DNA of 64,000 bases from Eledone cirrhosa (GCA_964016885.1 OZ024740.1:301692001-301756000), one strand, 5' to 3'; shown: positions 44,229-59,757, counted from the first letter of the stretch. Notes: generated from the letters alone by a model not told the origin. Made by a program: numbers and translations.

Positions 44229-44834
44229 GTGTATGTGTGTGTGGATATATTCAGCGAAACAAACAGGAACAATAACAACATCACTGCGGTTGTCGTCTTT
44301 CCACACTCTCCCGATCGCCATCATCATCGTCATCATCATCTCAATATTCCTCACTCATCTCATACTTTTCCTCATCGTCAGTATGTGGTTGAGAATGATT
44401 AGGTAGAATTGAGACAGTTTTGAATTGTGATGAACGAAAGCATAGAGAAAACAGAAAAGATCTTTTATTGTGGCTAAGACGAAACATTGTTAGTTTATAT
44501 GGATTCATTTTCCTACACACATTTTATGAATCTCTGCAAACGTACAACTTACACCTCTGCATAAAGAACGATAATATATATTATAGCGTAACATTTATAT
44601 CTTTGTCGACAAGAATGGGGAGATAAAGTGGGAGCGCATTAAATACATAATGAAAATCTGTGTTACGATCCTCTCTATCTAACGTAAACATTATCACAAA
44701 TACATGTCATCTCAAACATAGAATGTTTTTTAAACAGTTAGGTAACAGACGTACATATTTGATGATAGATAGGTTCATATAAAGATTAACCCAGAACTAA
44801 ACGAAACATCACAAGAAAATTCCAACATGTACCG

Positions 44835-44894
<60 letters not shown>

Positions 44895-45289
44895 GGGGTA
44901 ACAAATAATAGTTATACACAGTCCACTTAAGTGTAGTCCAGTTATTGTACTCCGGGTAGTGGATTTCTCGCAAGCTCCGATGAATTGACTGGTTATAATT
45001 TTGTATTGGCCATCGAGTAACGCGAAAATAAGCGGATAGCGATCTCTAGACCTACCAGTTCAGAGAAACAATTGTCAGCAATGAGATTAAAAGCCTTTTT
45101 TGTATAGCAAATCGTGTCACTCTTCTTTTCTGATTTATATATATATATACACGATAACGTCTACTGCTAGATAGAGTGTCTAATTCACACCATAATGCGC
45201 TTCCAAAATTTCGGTAACGTGCCCAATTAACAAGCAGCAAGAGGTCAACATATATGTGGAAATGGAGGTGAGTCGATATAAAAAACATT

Positions 45290-45550
45290 TTCTGTACCAT
45301 GAAAAGACTTTATTCACTGAGACAAGAGATCTAACACGAAGCTTGCAATTCATTTACGGGCATTCAAATATAGAGGCACGGATATCACCATTAAATGGAG
45401 GATACTTGTAGGAGATAATTCCCAAGAAAACGGAACCATTGAATTTTACATTCTGTACAGAAGAAAGGTGGAACAACCAAAATGAAAATAAATGCCTTCC
45501 ATAAAAACTGCCTGAATATATGAGGAAGATATTTCAGCATTTGTTCACAC
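45290..45550 (+). mobile_element. Very decayed PLE GIY-YIG C-terminal fragment
   Basis: SNTKLAIHLRAFKYRGTDITIKWRIL...; same motif order as the other PLE ends. Confidence 0.55.
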
Positions 45551-45846
45551 TGGTTCGTTATGTACTAACATCCTGAGGAAATAAGGGTTAAGAATATCTC
45601 TGTCATACATCCCAAATAAAATATCTGTATGGCTACTTAATCTCTCTCCATGGATAGTTACCTTCTACAAACCCATGGATATACCCTCTAATTAACCCAC
45701 GTATATACCCTGTAATTAACATACGATAAGTCAAATCAGTACCACTTTCTTCTTGACTGGTCCTTCGTATTAAACGATCTATCAACTTAGAACTGTATTA
45801 GAAAATTCAACTATACACACCACCACCACCTCTCCCTATATACATA

Positions 45847-45969
<123 letters not shown>

Positions 45970-46633
45970 CATATATATGTATATATAATTTAGAGTGAGA
46001 GAGAAAGGGAAGTGAGAGTTGTTACACATTTAAAGAATACGCGACCAACTCTGGTAATGGTACCTCATTTATTGATCTCAAAATAATGGTTTCTGATTTG
46101 GGAAGAAGGTCAATATTTTTGTTTATTATTATTTTTTTTTTGGGGGGGGGGATTAAATCGACCCCCAGTACATTATTGGTACTCTATTATATCGACTAGA
46201 AAGGATCTTATTTCTAAGTCAGCCGACACAAACTACATATGGCGCAAAATCAATTTTTTACATTCACATGACCTCTACCGACCAATCAAAATTGTTTTGA
46301 CCACAAGAATTTTTGCAACACGAATTGTCGCAAAACTTATTTTATTACCGCAGGAGCCACTTTTTTAACATAAAAACAGGTAGAATTCCCAAAACTAATC
46401 AGATCAGAGCAAACACCACGGACGCTCTATCTCAAAATTATTTTTGAAAATCATTAGAAATGCGCAACCGGTAAAACTTAAAACCAAAATGAATACTAAC
46501 CAATGCTATTACTAATTCTCACTTATTCCTAATTAAACTATTTTTCACTATGAACAATTTGTCAGCATTTTCTATTCCGTTTACCAATATTTAATAACTT
46601 GTGTGTTACACCTCTATTCTTTTAAATATATAT

Positions 46634-46744
<111 letters not shown>

Positions 46745-46873
46745 ATATATATATAACGAAGGAAATGTGGTAATGAATCAGAGGGACCATAACGCACCAA
46801 AGTACTCAATACCTAGGGTAGTAGAATTAGCCGTCGAAACGGCTTGAGCTCAGCCGTCGGGGTCCTACTCGTT

Positions 46874-46975
<102 letters not shown>

Positions 46976-46982
46976 TATATAT

Positions 46983-47207
46983 ATTAGTAAAAAGGAGAAG
47001 AAAATGCTGACAAATTTTTCCCAGTGAAAAATACTTTAATTAGGAATAACTATAAATTAGTAATAAGTATTAGTTAGTATTCAGTTAAAACTTAAAACTA
47101 AAACTGAATACTAACTAATACTTATTACTAATTTATACTTATTCCTAATTAAACTATTTTTCACTGGGAAAAATTTGACACTATTTACTTTTCCTTTTCA
47201 CTAATAT
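46983..47207. repeat. Foldback (~105-bp arms) homologous to 46480-46595
   Basis: Arms reverse-complementary around an aaaacttaaaact loop. Confidence 0.85.
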
Positions 47208-47235
47208 ACCACAACTCGTGTGTCACACATGTATT

Positions 47236-47737
<502 letters not shown>

Positions 47738-47744
47738 TTATGTA

Positions 47745-48094
47745 TCTATCTAGGGTGGGAAAAATTCCCGAGATCCATGGACGAGTTCTCTCCAGCGGTC
47801 TCTGTCTCTCATTATCGCTGCCATGTCCTGCGTCTTCAACAGACCAGTGTCTGTCCTTAGAGCATACGTTAACCTTGGTCTGACGATGGCTCTGAACATT
47901 AATCAGTATACACTGAGGAAGAAAAACCCGGAGGTGTATGGGAGCCTTCCAAAAGTCAGCTCAAAAGTGACACAGAAGAGACTGAAGTTAGCTGGACATG
48001 CCCACCGTCCACCAGAGTTGACATTGCACTCAGGGCTCCTGTGGGAGCCCCTACATGGACACACTGGAAGAGGAAGACCAAGATTAACGTATGT

Positions 48095-48097
<3 letters not shown>
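47745..48097. mobile_element. RTE-X-like LINE 3' fragment with inverted 5' part
   Basis: + strand [29 protein letters not shown]...[19 protein letters not shown]; - strand continues [26 protein letters not shown]. Confidence 0.8.
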
Positions 48098-48420
<323 letters not shown>

Positions 48421-48684
48421 GTGTATGGAAGTTTCCGTTGAAAATAGGAAATATTTTACGCACATATATTTACGCACACATTTTCACTATACACACACAT
48501 TTGTACATACATACATATGTATATCTGTGAGTGTATATACATATACACACACCTAACTATATTTCTTAAACAACTTTTTTATATATTTTATATGTCTATT
48601 GTATTACCTTTATCTATATGTATATAATTTTTTTTGCATTTCTTGAAGAGACTTTCCAAATATTTCTCTATGTTTTATATTGCC

Positions 48685-48760
48685 TCGTCCGACGAACGAA
48701 TGAAGACGTTTCTTTCGTATTCGTCTTATTCGGGAAACCTCTGGTAATGAGGTAATTATA
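48685..48760 (+). ncRNA. Hammerhead-like motif with true hairpin stem III
   Basis: CCGACGA-a-cgaatgaagacg...cgtcttattcg-g-GAAA-cctc-tggtaat-gagg-ta; stem I poor. Confidence 0.55.
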
Positions 48761-48814
48761 TTGTATTGTTTTTTATACATTATATATATATATATATATA
48801 TGTGTGTGAGTGTG

Positions 48815-48847
<33 letters not shown>

Positions 48848-48872
48848 ATATAAATATCTATATATCTATATG

Positions 48873-48928
<56 letters not shown>

Positions 48929-48929
48929 G

Positions 48930-51048
48930 GAGGTGAGCAATATTGTAGAACAATAAATCTATGCATATATCAGATAAGTACCACTCGACAATGGGTGGGA
49001 CTGGAGTATATATAAAGAAGAGGTTAATAGATGGTTAAAAAAGTTCCATATATTTTATTATGCGCATTTCGAAAACACTATCGTCCCGGGACAAAAATTG
49101 TGTTCGCATCAGATAAAATAAGGTAGCATGATATGAGGCCTGAAAGCACTTGTGAACAGGAAAGTGCCCAGTCAACATATGGTAAAAATATAAGAGAAGA
49201 AAACATAGGACAAATGAAGAAAAGGAAATAAGGAAAAAGGAAAAAAAGAAATAGAAGAGAGGAAAAAAGAAAGAAATAAGGAGGAGGAGAGAGAAAGAGA
49301 GAAAGAGAGAGAGAGATACTTTTGATCTGGGAACGCTGTCAAAAAGGAAAAAACAGCTGTGAATAACGGCTAAAAAAATATAATAATAATAAAAATAAAT
49401 AAATAAATAAATAAATTGATGAGGTGAATGTGCTAATATACAAATAATAGATGTCTAGAATAAAGAAACTAGGTATATTAATATTGAGTTAGAATAATAA
49501 AAATTGGATTAAGAAGTGTAAAAATGTATTAATAAAATAAAATAAAATTTAAATAAAATGAAATAAAATTTAAATTAAAAATAAGTATAATAATTATTAA
49601 AAAGGTTTTTTTTTAACTAACATAAAATAAAAAATAAAATATAATAAGATAGACTAGAACAAAAAATAAAAATAAGAATAGTCTATCTATGCCAAAATTA
49701 AAAATTACTATTAAAAATGTATATATATGTGGGGTACAGTATTTGATTATTATTTTATATCAACAAGTAAATAAGGAAATTGCTAGAAGGTTTATAAATG
49801 TAGAATGACATAATACGTCATAGATTGTTTACAAAATCTACGAAGGTTTGAACGAAAACAATTTACGTTAATAGAGAAAGAAGGGGAAAGGCTTAATAAT
49901 GTAGAGAAAAGGTGATTAATACATTGTAGAATATAATGAAAAAATGTGTGAAAAGATATATGTGTAAAAATATACATGTGTAAAAAAATATGTTTAACCG
50001 TTATACGTAAAACAAGTAATAGGACATTAGCTGTATACTTTCTGAAAGGTCTTAAAAGATTTATGAATGCAGAGACCAAATAAATCCGTACGTCTATTTA
50101 TTAAAGTGTTGAAATTCGAGATAATGGTAAATTTTTCAGCTAGATATAAATTACAAACCCTATCAATAGAAGCATTGGAGTAAGTAAAGCGTTGCAAATT
50201 TTACGCCAAGAGATTTCGTAATTAATGTTTTTGTCTTTTAAGGAACAAATAAGTTCTGAGAGTGCGGTGCTGGTCCTTTTAAGAGGATATTTAAATGTAG
50301 AAGAATGGTTATAGCGTCTTGCTTTAAAAGAAGTAGAAGTAGAGCCAATGTAGGTATATGTATTGGTACCAATTATCACTGTACGTTCGTATATTAGGTT
50401 TTTATCGAGGCAGACATTACTAAGAGGACAATTAGTTCTAATAGGGCAGTTGCATTTATGATTATTAACAGAGTTATTTACCAGTGGCCCGGGATTATTT
50501 ATAATAGGACCTGGGGTGGTAGAATTAGCTAAAGGAGGTTCTAAAGTCTCCTGATTTACATTACTATTTGAAGCATTCCTCAAAGATACACTTGACGTCG
50601 TATTTATATTTAAGTTATTTTGCCTACAGTTTACATTGACGTCAGGCCTTAGAGTGTTATTATTATGACACTCATGGTTGGATGCATATGAGTAATTATT
50701 TAATATTTTAGAATTACGTCTTGAGATAATTTTAGAAATGTTGGAAGTAGTGGAATATGAGAATTTAATGGTATGCTTATTAAAAATATTGGTATAAATA
50801 TGTGAAAGGGGGAAACTGTTATCTAAAGCCCTAAAAAATAATTTAGGGATATTACTAATAAGTGAAAGAGAGAAGGGAGCAGTCTATCTTATTTTATTTT
50901 ATTTTATTTTATTTTATTTTATTTTTATTTTATTAATACATTTTTGCGCTCCTTAATCCAATTTTTATTATTCTAACTCAATATTAATATACCGAGTTTA
51001 TTTATTCTAGACATCTATTATTTGTATATTAGCACATTCACCTCATCA

Positions 51049-51079
<31 letters not shown>

Positions 51080-51447
51080 TTATGATTATATTTTTTTAGC
51101 CGTTATTCACAGCTGTTTTTTCATTTTTGACAGCGTTCCCAGATCAGAAGTATATCTCTCTCTCTTTCTCTTTTTCCTCCCCTTCTTTCTTTCTTTTCTC
51201 CTCTTTTCTATTTTTTATTTTTTTCCTTTTTCCTTCTTCTTTCCTTTTCCTCATTTTTCCTATTTTTTCTTCTCTTCTAGTTTTGTCATGAGTTGACTGA
51301 AAACTTTATTGTTCACAAGTGTTTTTAGGCCACATATCATGTTACCTTATTTTATCTGATGAGAACACAATTTTTGGCCCAGGATGATGATGTTTTCGAA
51401 ATGCGCATATGGAAGTTTTTAACCATCTAATAATCTCTTCTTTATAT
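48930..51447 (-). mobile_element. 5'-truncated PLE with inverted ~550-bp terminal copy; RT-thumb/linker/GIY-YIG remnant
   Basis: Coding remnant at 50880-50027; 49007-49545 inverted at 50890-51447; hammerhead motifs at 49052-49120 (-) and 51347-51410 (+); (TA)n on both sides. Confidence 0.9.
50027..50880 (-). pseudogene. PLE ORF C-terminus (thumb, Asn-rich linker, GIY-YIG), one frameshift near 50183
   Basis: APFSLSLISNIPKLFFRALDNSFP..IFNKHTIKFSYS...CNCPIRTNCPLSNVCL...YIGSTSTSFKARRYNH...VCNLYLAEK...INRRTDLFGLCIH. Confidence 0.88.
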
Positions 51448-51474
51448 ATATATATATATATTTAATATATATAT

Positions 51475-51685
51475 TAAAATAACAGATGAAAGTTTAATCA
51501 AAGAATCGCTGCTTTCACCCTTAACGGGATTTTCTGAAACTAAATAAATCAATCTGTGAACGCAGAAGTAAATATTTTGAAAAAACTTTACTGCTGCGTT
51601 CACAGATTAATTTTTTCGTTTCAAAGGATCCCGTTAAGGGTGAAAGCAGCGATTCTTTGCTTAAACTATGATCTATTATTTTAGT
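51475..51685. mobile_element. MITE-like palindromic element (shorter copy at 59278-59362)
   Basis: ~80-bp inverted arms aaagaatcgctgctttcacccttaacgggat...; TA flanks. Confidence 0.7.
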
Positions 51686-51775
51686 AAATATTTGCTCTAC
51701 GGTTCCTATATATTTGATATATATTTATACTTATTGAGCCCTCTATGGATTTTAGTCTTCAAATTATATTATTAT

Positions 51776-51889
<114 letters not shown>

Positions 51890-52031
51890 GGCTGTCTAAA
51901 CGACACGCGATGTCGATCGAGTCTACTCTTCTCGGCACAAACCAACACAGACACATATACATAAATACATACATTTTTATATGTATATATACACACACAC
52001 TCACACACTCACACATACAGACACACACACG

Positions 52032-52092
<61 letters not shown>

Positions 52093-54605
52093 TCTGTGTT
52101 TGTGTCTGTGTATCTTTGTATACATATATAATCTGTGCATGTATGTAAATATAGAAATCTGTATGAGCGCAGCTATATATTTCGGGTTGTACATATATAT
52201 ATATGTATACCCATGAAATTTAATATAAATATTTATAGATATTCTCTATATATTGTATGTATGCGTAAGTGTATGCGAGTGTATACACAGTAGGTTTGTA
52301 TTTTCTCTATCTGTGTATGTGATGTATATTTGTGGCATGTGAGCTTTTGCATTTACTTAGAATTAGCAATCTTCCACTAATTCTAACGTCAAACGTAATT
52401 GATGTTATATCCGTCATTTGGCAACATTCATGCAAGTTGAGAGAAGAGAACTGTCAAACTTATTATCCATCTATCTGTTAGAATGAAATTAACGTGCAAA
52501 TACATCAGCAGAATTCTGCTAAATCCGGCCCTGTTAGATGGAATATATTTCGAAAACTGCATTACTGCAATTTGTCAATTATTATCTACGATCTGGCTGA
52601 CAACTAACCGTAATAAAACGTGGTTACATCAAATATTCGTCTATAGATTGGGCATAATATTCAGAGGTCATATTAACTATTTATTCCTAAAACCTGGTTT
52701 ACCCAAATGTATCATTACAACCAAGCAAAGGTCAGGTTTTAATTCGTTACATCTAAAATATGTTTCACAACGGATTTAGATGTATAAACTGACATAGCTA
52801 AGTTAATTCATTATCTTTAAAATATGTCACACAGTAAATACGCTATTATGAGATAACTATCGGTGGAAGTTACATTAAACAGTTCTTTCCAATTGTGGTT
52901 TATCTGTTATTCATTGATACTTTGGTCAAATAGGCCAGCGAAAGTGAGACTAAGACTAAATACATTATACTATTTAGCTACAATATAATCGTTTCTAATT
53001 TCCATCAGATCAAATAAACGATTATGAAGATTAGGCTCATAAATATCAATATATCATGACAAATATAAACAGATATACTATAATATATTTCTACCTTGAT
53101 AACAATAACACTAAAGCCATGTTCAACGTTTAAGGGACTCACAAGTGAAATGCTACTCTCCACATTTATTCCGGATAAATTAATAGAAATGTATTTCTAT
53201 AGCCGTCTGCATTTATAAAAAGAACATTGTGAAAGGTCTTGCTATAATTAATCATGCTCTGAGATCTACATTTACGTAGCCTTTCATCCCTCCATGGACG
53301 ATACAATACAATTAATCGACGTTTCCCTTTTCTAGAATGTGTTGCCTGGCGACTATGTTAATTATGACAATATATATTCCTCTCAAAATATAACATGAAT
53401 TGTAGAAATGAATAGTCCTTATTAAATTCTCACACAGAGATCAACCTGTTTAATCGGTTTCAATTAGTCGATAAAACTGAAATGATTTTGGAGATTTTTA
53501 AGAACGGTCTTACCTATATTTCTAGCCATAAGGTACGAAGAAAACAGCTTGTATGAAATTAGATATGACTAGTAAGACAGCTATATACAAATAATGTTAT
53601 TTGGAGTGTTCATTCCTATTACTTAAACGAATGTACTGTGTGAATAATAAACATTTTCGATCTAATGTGTATTGGTATATATGTTTCACTCGAATGAACT
53701 CGCATCTTCGGGAGCAGAACAAAATACTTTAATATGGTACTCTTACAACTCAAATTAGTGTTACATTGATAATTACAAGAACGATTTATCACATACAGTC
53801 CGACATAGATGTAAACCTAAATACAAAAGAAATAATTTGCAGTATACAAGTATTTACATAAGCTTCCATTTGTGTCAGGAGGTCACCGAGCTAATAATAC
53901 TTAAGCTAGTGTTTTCTAATTTTGAAAGTATCTTTAAATCATGTGCCCCATTGCATATCTTATTATATGTGTTGTTTTCCTAATCATTCGTCCAAAGGAA
54001 TGACATTAAGTGTCCTATCTACAGTTTTATGTAAGGTCCAATCTCATTTGCTCTGATGAATCTTGTTTCAAATTTACTTACGTAAGAGCCTATAAATTAA
54101 GAATCATGCATTATAAAGAATTATAAAGAAACCAGAGATGGCTCACTATGCTCTTATCGTGTAATAAAATACTGCAGACACCATGAACATGAATAAAATT
54201 AAATCGTTGCTGCATGGAAAGGAAACCAAACTATTTTATCTTATTATATTCTATATACCACCTCAAACAACAACAATCATGTGACCCAGCTTACAAGAAA
54301 GAGCAACAGAATATTCTTAGTGTATTTCCCTCTCGCGTAGAAGAAGCGACATATTCAGCAATATATTTCAAACTAACCCGACAATGTGTTTATAGTCAGA
54401 GTTGCAATACTCTTGATAATAATGTCAGAGAGAAAATAATTAATGAGTGACACATACAAGCAATATTTACAATTACAAAATAGATATCGATGGAGTCTAA
54501 GACTATTACAATAGGCATGCCAGAGGTGTCGACTTGTGAAACGCGTCTGCAATAACACTTTATTTTCTGAAGTAAGGAAGGATATATTGCATAACATAAT
54601 CTTAC

Positions 54606-54682
54606 TGACAGCGTAATGAAGCCACCGCCTCATATTAGTCATAGAAAGCTTAAATTTATTCTGCACATTAGGAGGATGCAGC
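54606..54682 (-). other. Candidate 77-nt internal exon
   Basis: ctttctgtttttgtcAG|G...gtca|GTAAGA; one open frame LHPPNVQNKFKLSMTNMRRWLHYAV; no recognisable homology. Confidence 0.3.
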
Positions 54683-55129
54683 CTGACAAAAACAGAAAGT
54701 TACATAAATAGCGTCAGTTGAAATGGAAACACATTTAAAAGCAAATAGAAAGTGCATGATAAATGCAATAAATCAACATGTGAAAAAATATGCGTGTATA
54801 TAGAAAATTACTATAAAGATGAAAATAGAAACAAACTACATAATTTTAGATAACGACATAAAACAAATATTTAAACAGACATGAATCAAGCAATATGAAA
54901 TTTATTGTCAAAACATACGAAGTAATGGAGAGAAACACCACGATGAAGGTTCGACATAAATATTTAGCCAAAGAGTCAACAATATGGCTCCAATTTCCGG
55001 TTTTAAAGCAATACTGGAAAGACTGATCCTTGCCGCAAAAGACCATTACGGAAAAAATTCAAATCGGATACTATCTATAAATTCTGAATGGGAAAGCGAT
55101 ATAATGAAACTGTTGACCACTTCTTTGGT

Positions 55130-55452
55130 TATGTATTTCTTGCCAGGTGTGAATATATTCGCTTACATTACTGTGTGAGAAGCTTTATCCACTGGGCCAA
55201 TCACCAATATTACGATATGATAAAGAAAACAACGATACGACAAAGAAAAAGAAGTTGCATTAATATGTACCAAAGAATATACATAAGAACAGTCTCCACA
55301 ACCATTAGGGATATGTCCCTCTAAGCTGACTGTGGAAACAAGCAAACAAGTCCGGATATCATGTATATTGGTAGACACCCTCTATTTTACTAGAGAAAAA
55401 TGCCCGGGAAACTGATAATGCAAGGATCTTGAAATTCAAATACAGAGGATGA
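55130..55452 (+). mobile_element. Decayed C-terminal fragment of an R4-like (RLE) LINE
   Basis: VRSFIHWANHQYY and KDLEIQIQRM resemble the V..YIHW.IC..Y and KYKDLEIEI.RM motifs. Confidence 0.5.
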
Positions 55453-55779
55453 AATATGTTGTACAAACAATGCTAAAATAACATGATAAGAAATAAACAA
55501 ACGATGGTGCCCATCGAAAACATATTACTGTGCAAACTATTCTCGATGAAAAAGTACAAACCTAAGAGAATAATCATCACTCATATGAAGCAAATAATTA
55601 CAATATACAATATAACTCACCAAACATATACACTGCCACATTGATAGACATTAAAATGTTACAAGAAATAACGCACTAAATTCCATAACAAAATAAGATG
55701 GTTGCAGTACACTAACAACAGGAGACGCAGACAATATCAGTAGAAAACCAAAAAGATAATATTGCAAAAAAAACACAAT

Positions 55780-55945
55780 AATAATGATTTCCAGTAATTT
55801 GGGGGGAGGGGAAAGTTACTGGTGATCAATTTTATCAAATCCGTAAGGATGAAAGGTAAAGCTAACCTCAGCGGTATTTGAACTCAGAATGTAAAATGCT
55901 ACAATTCTATACTGCAAAGCATATCTTCCGACGCTCTAGCGATTC
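55780..55945 (-). mobile_element. Degenerate tRNA-derived SINE
   Basis: ggatgaaaggtaaagctaacctcagcggtatttgaactcag. Confidence 0.75.
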
Positions 55946-55949
55946 TTTA

Positions 55950-57750
55950 TTAACCACAAAGGTTGACAAAAAGTATAGCATTAAGGACTGCACAGGATGG
56001 TACAGGACGGTACAAATGTCCATTGCTGCGTGTAAAAAAAGACAAGATTATATATACAAAAAAAAAAACATAGGATGTATCAAAAAAATGAAACAAGGAA
56101 ACATTCCACAGTAGGGGGGATATATAAGAGGGTTACTCGTGGAGAAAGCCCACAAAAATCCACCAGAGCAAGGGCCCTCTCCCAGTTTTCCACCTACAAT
56201 TTACAGGCGCATACTCAGAGCAGGCCCATTTACTAGGTCCATACTTGCCTTTCTCACGCATCTTTCAACAAATTGCTGGGAAGAGAGCACTTCCCTTTCC
56301 ACCCTGATTTTGCTTTTCAAATGAAATTTGAAAAAGTTAATACGGGCATCACCAAAGAGGTAAGAAGTTGTCTTCAGCCCTTTCAAACGCGTCCACCACA
56401 TGACCACCTGGCAGATAAAAATTACCTGCTCTTCGTGGGTAAATGAAGGCGGCGGGGCAACCCTCACGAAGAACTCAGCTGATAGCCGGATCCATCCTAC
56501 ACGCGACAGCAGGTGTTTGACATAAACCCACCAGTCAGCAAATCTTGGACACTTGACGAGAGCATGCATGACGGTTTCGTCTCCCTGTGCACATCTCGAA
56601 CAGGCCCAGTTGACGGCACTTCCATGTCTATAGAGATTATCCCGAACTGGCAAAGCTCCCTGGTAGTACTGACAGGCCAGGGATTTCTGGAAGTTGTCCA
56701 TGGGCTCCGTCCTGAAAGTGCTCCCGAAGAGATGGGCTAGTAGATTTTCATCGACGTCCAGAGTCTCTCCGAGGACGTCATCGCTCTTTCCCTCCACTAA
56801 CCCTCTATAAAAAGCCAAGGTGGAGTTTCCACCGATCGTATGGCCCGATTGGTTGAGGGCTGTGAGCGCCTGAAGACATTCCAATCTCCACTCGCCCCCT
56901 CTCTGTCTTCGCTTGATCTGGGACTGCAGCTCTATCAAGGAGACGAGCTGGCGAGAAATGCGTAGAACAAACGGCGACCACACCTGATCACCGTGGTGGA
57001 AGAGGTGGAGTTGCCCTAGCCTGAGCGCATGTTTGCCTATCGTCAGCCATGGCATGCCCAGTCCTCCACGTAGCAAATGGATCGCCTGAATATCAGAGCG
57101 CATCCCTTCCACAAAAAGCGAAGGAGCAAACGCACCAGTGCAGTCAGGCGAGGCTGAGAACAAGGCACGACGGTCAGGCGCTAGAAGGTGACGGACAATA
57201 TGTACGTGTTCGTCACCTCCACTCGACCTTTAATGGATAGCTTACTCTGTTCCCATTTTTGGGTGAGAGAGGCCAGCCTGCACGACGACACTGTTGGACG
57301 GCATGGATCTGCCTCTCCAGGTGCCGAGTCGCAGGTCCACCGACTTTTCCTGATTAATCATTGCTCCTGTCATCACCTCGTATTCACTTAGTGGAATGCC
57401 TATCGCCTCGATGTGTTTGGCATTCGACACTACTACGGTGACATCGTCGGCATATGCTGACACGGTTGTCACGCATCCCATTTCGAGCGGGACGCCCCTC
57501 AACGTCTCCAGTTTGTGCAGCAATGGCTCTAGAGTGAATATTTACAACAGGGACGAGAGGGGACATACTTGGCAGACACAGCGCATGTTGTTGAACGGTT
57601 CCGAACGGGGACCGTTCCCTCTCACCACAGAGCAGATGTCGCTGTGCATGGAAGCGATCCATTCTGAAGACAGGCCCAAAGCCGGCCGCCCACAGAACTG
57701 CCGCCAGATAATGATGGTCGAGCTTATTGAAAGCTTTCAATCAGGGGATA
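55950..57750 (-). mobile_element. 5'-truncated Tx1/L1-clade LINE (RT and zf-RVT remnants, frameshifted)
   Basis: KAFNKLDHHYL, SAYADDVTV, GAMINQEKS, GGLGMP, GALPVRDNLYRHG...CSRC...ETVMHALVKC; GC-rich island; ORF track 56201..57163 and 57242..57523. Confidence 0.9.
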
Positions 57751-57769
57751 TCTGAGAAAGAGGTAAGGA

Positions 57770-58845
57770 CAATGAGGAAGAAAAACCTGAATGAGAAAAT
57801 ACTTCATAATATATTCTTGAAGGAAACAGGTCCTCCATATTATACAAAATCCTCACCTCAACCTTGACTGAGATTGCTTAGAAATTTGGGGATGAAAATC
57901 ATCTATTCACTATGGAGTAGAAACGTTGTCATTGTGCGTCATACGGGCGCAAAGACCAAGATTTCATTAACCGTATAATTCAGTCATAAAAAGTATATAA
58001 ATCTGAGTTCTGCTTTTGTTAATTATAATAATGCATTTGACACTGTTCTGACATACGGATCTTGAAAAATTTGGATGTTATGAAAATGTCTCCATTCATA
58101 TCAAACTTCCTGAAATACAACATGTGTATATTGAATACAAATCTATAATTGTCACACAGTGATTAAACTATAAATTGCAGCAGCATAAGTATTAACTGTG
58201 GTGTTTTTCAAGGTCATTTGATTTCTCTTCTGATATTTGTCTTTGCACACACACCCCTGTTTTTAGCGCTCTACAAAACAAACTATGGCTACAAATTAGA
58301 TAACAAAACAATAAATCCACGGTTTATATGGATGACATAAAGCTGAATGCCAAAAATGAGAACGAATTGGAAGGCCTGCTCAAATCAGTCAAGTTGTTCA
58401 TCGATAATATGGTTTGGACTGGGAAAATGTGCCAAAACAACATTCAAGAAAGACAGAATGACAAGCATGCACACAATGGAAATAGATGTGAATACAGTAA
58501 TTAGGGAACTAGAACGATAACAAGCCTAGAGATATCTAGTGATCAATGAGGGCCAATGTATTCACTGCGCCAGCATGAAAGAGAAAATCTGGAAGAAATG
58601 CTACAAGAGAGTACGTGCTGTCATGAAAATGGTGCTTAACTCGAAAAATAAATTATCTGCCATAAATGCCTTTGCAATCCCAGTTGACGCCTACAGATTT
58701 AGTATTATAAATTGGAACGTTAACGAAATTAAGATAAAGGACACCAAAATCAGGAATCGCTTGACCTGTAATAGAATAAATCACCTTATGTGGATCATCT
58801 CTATCTACCTAGGCAAAAGGGAGGTAAATGAATGATCTAGCAGTC
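57770..58845 (+). mobile_element. Decayed R4/Dong-like LINE reverse transcriptase fragment
   Basis: NYNNAFDTV, GVFQG, YMDDIKL.AKNENEL, FGLGKCAK, LNSKNKLSAINAFAIPV...IINW. Confidence 0.85.
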
Positions 58846-58914
58846 GGCTGGAACAGGCAAAAGCTTAAAAGAGTAGTATACACACACACACACAGAAACA
58901 CACACGCACACAGG

Positions 58915-58973
<59 letters not shown>

Positions 58974-59084
58974 ACATACACACACACGTTACAAACACAC
59001 ACACACACGTACACACATATACGCACGCACACACGCACGCACATACACACATACATACACACACACATATGTATATATATATAT

Positions 59085-59169
<85 letters not shown>

Positions 59170-59359
59170 TGAGAGATAGTAATAATAATAAATGTGAAGA
59201 CTAAATTCCGAAGAGGGCTCGATAAAGATAATATATATATATATATAAATATATATAAAAACATAGAGGAAATATGTATTAAAATAACAGAAGAAAGTTT
59301 CAGAAAATCCCGTTAAGAGTGAAAGCAGCGATTCTTTGCATAAACTTTAATCTGTTATT

Positions 59360-59400
<41 letters not shown>

Positions 59401-59411
59401 GTGTGTGTGTG

Positions 59412-59680
59412 TATGGCGTAGACAATACTATACAACGGGAGGAAACATAATAGTAACACTGATGATATCACAGACGTGTGACGAAAGAACTTTGATATAT
59501 ATATATCAGTATTTTTAACCGTTGGACAATCAATGATAAGCATTGATTGACAGATAAATTATCTTTGGAGATATAAAAGATACAGAAGCGAAAACCAACC
59601 CACACCAAATAGTCAGTATTTTCTGTAATTATTCCTGGCAATATTATAAGAATATGACCCTGCCCAAGTGTAACTTTATA
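59412..59680 (+). mobile_element. PLE-type terminal repeat with hammerhead at 59455-59495 (second copy 61530-61810, minus strand)
   Basis: CTGATGA-ta-tcaca-gacg-tgtga-c-GAAA; terminus atatgaccctgcccaag related to the 7.9 kb family. Confidence 0.7.
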
Positions 59681-59687
59681 TATACAT

Positions 59688-59749
<62 letters not shown>

Positions 59750-59757
<8 letters not shown>

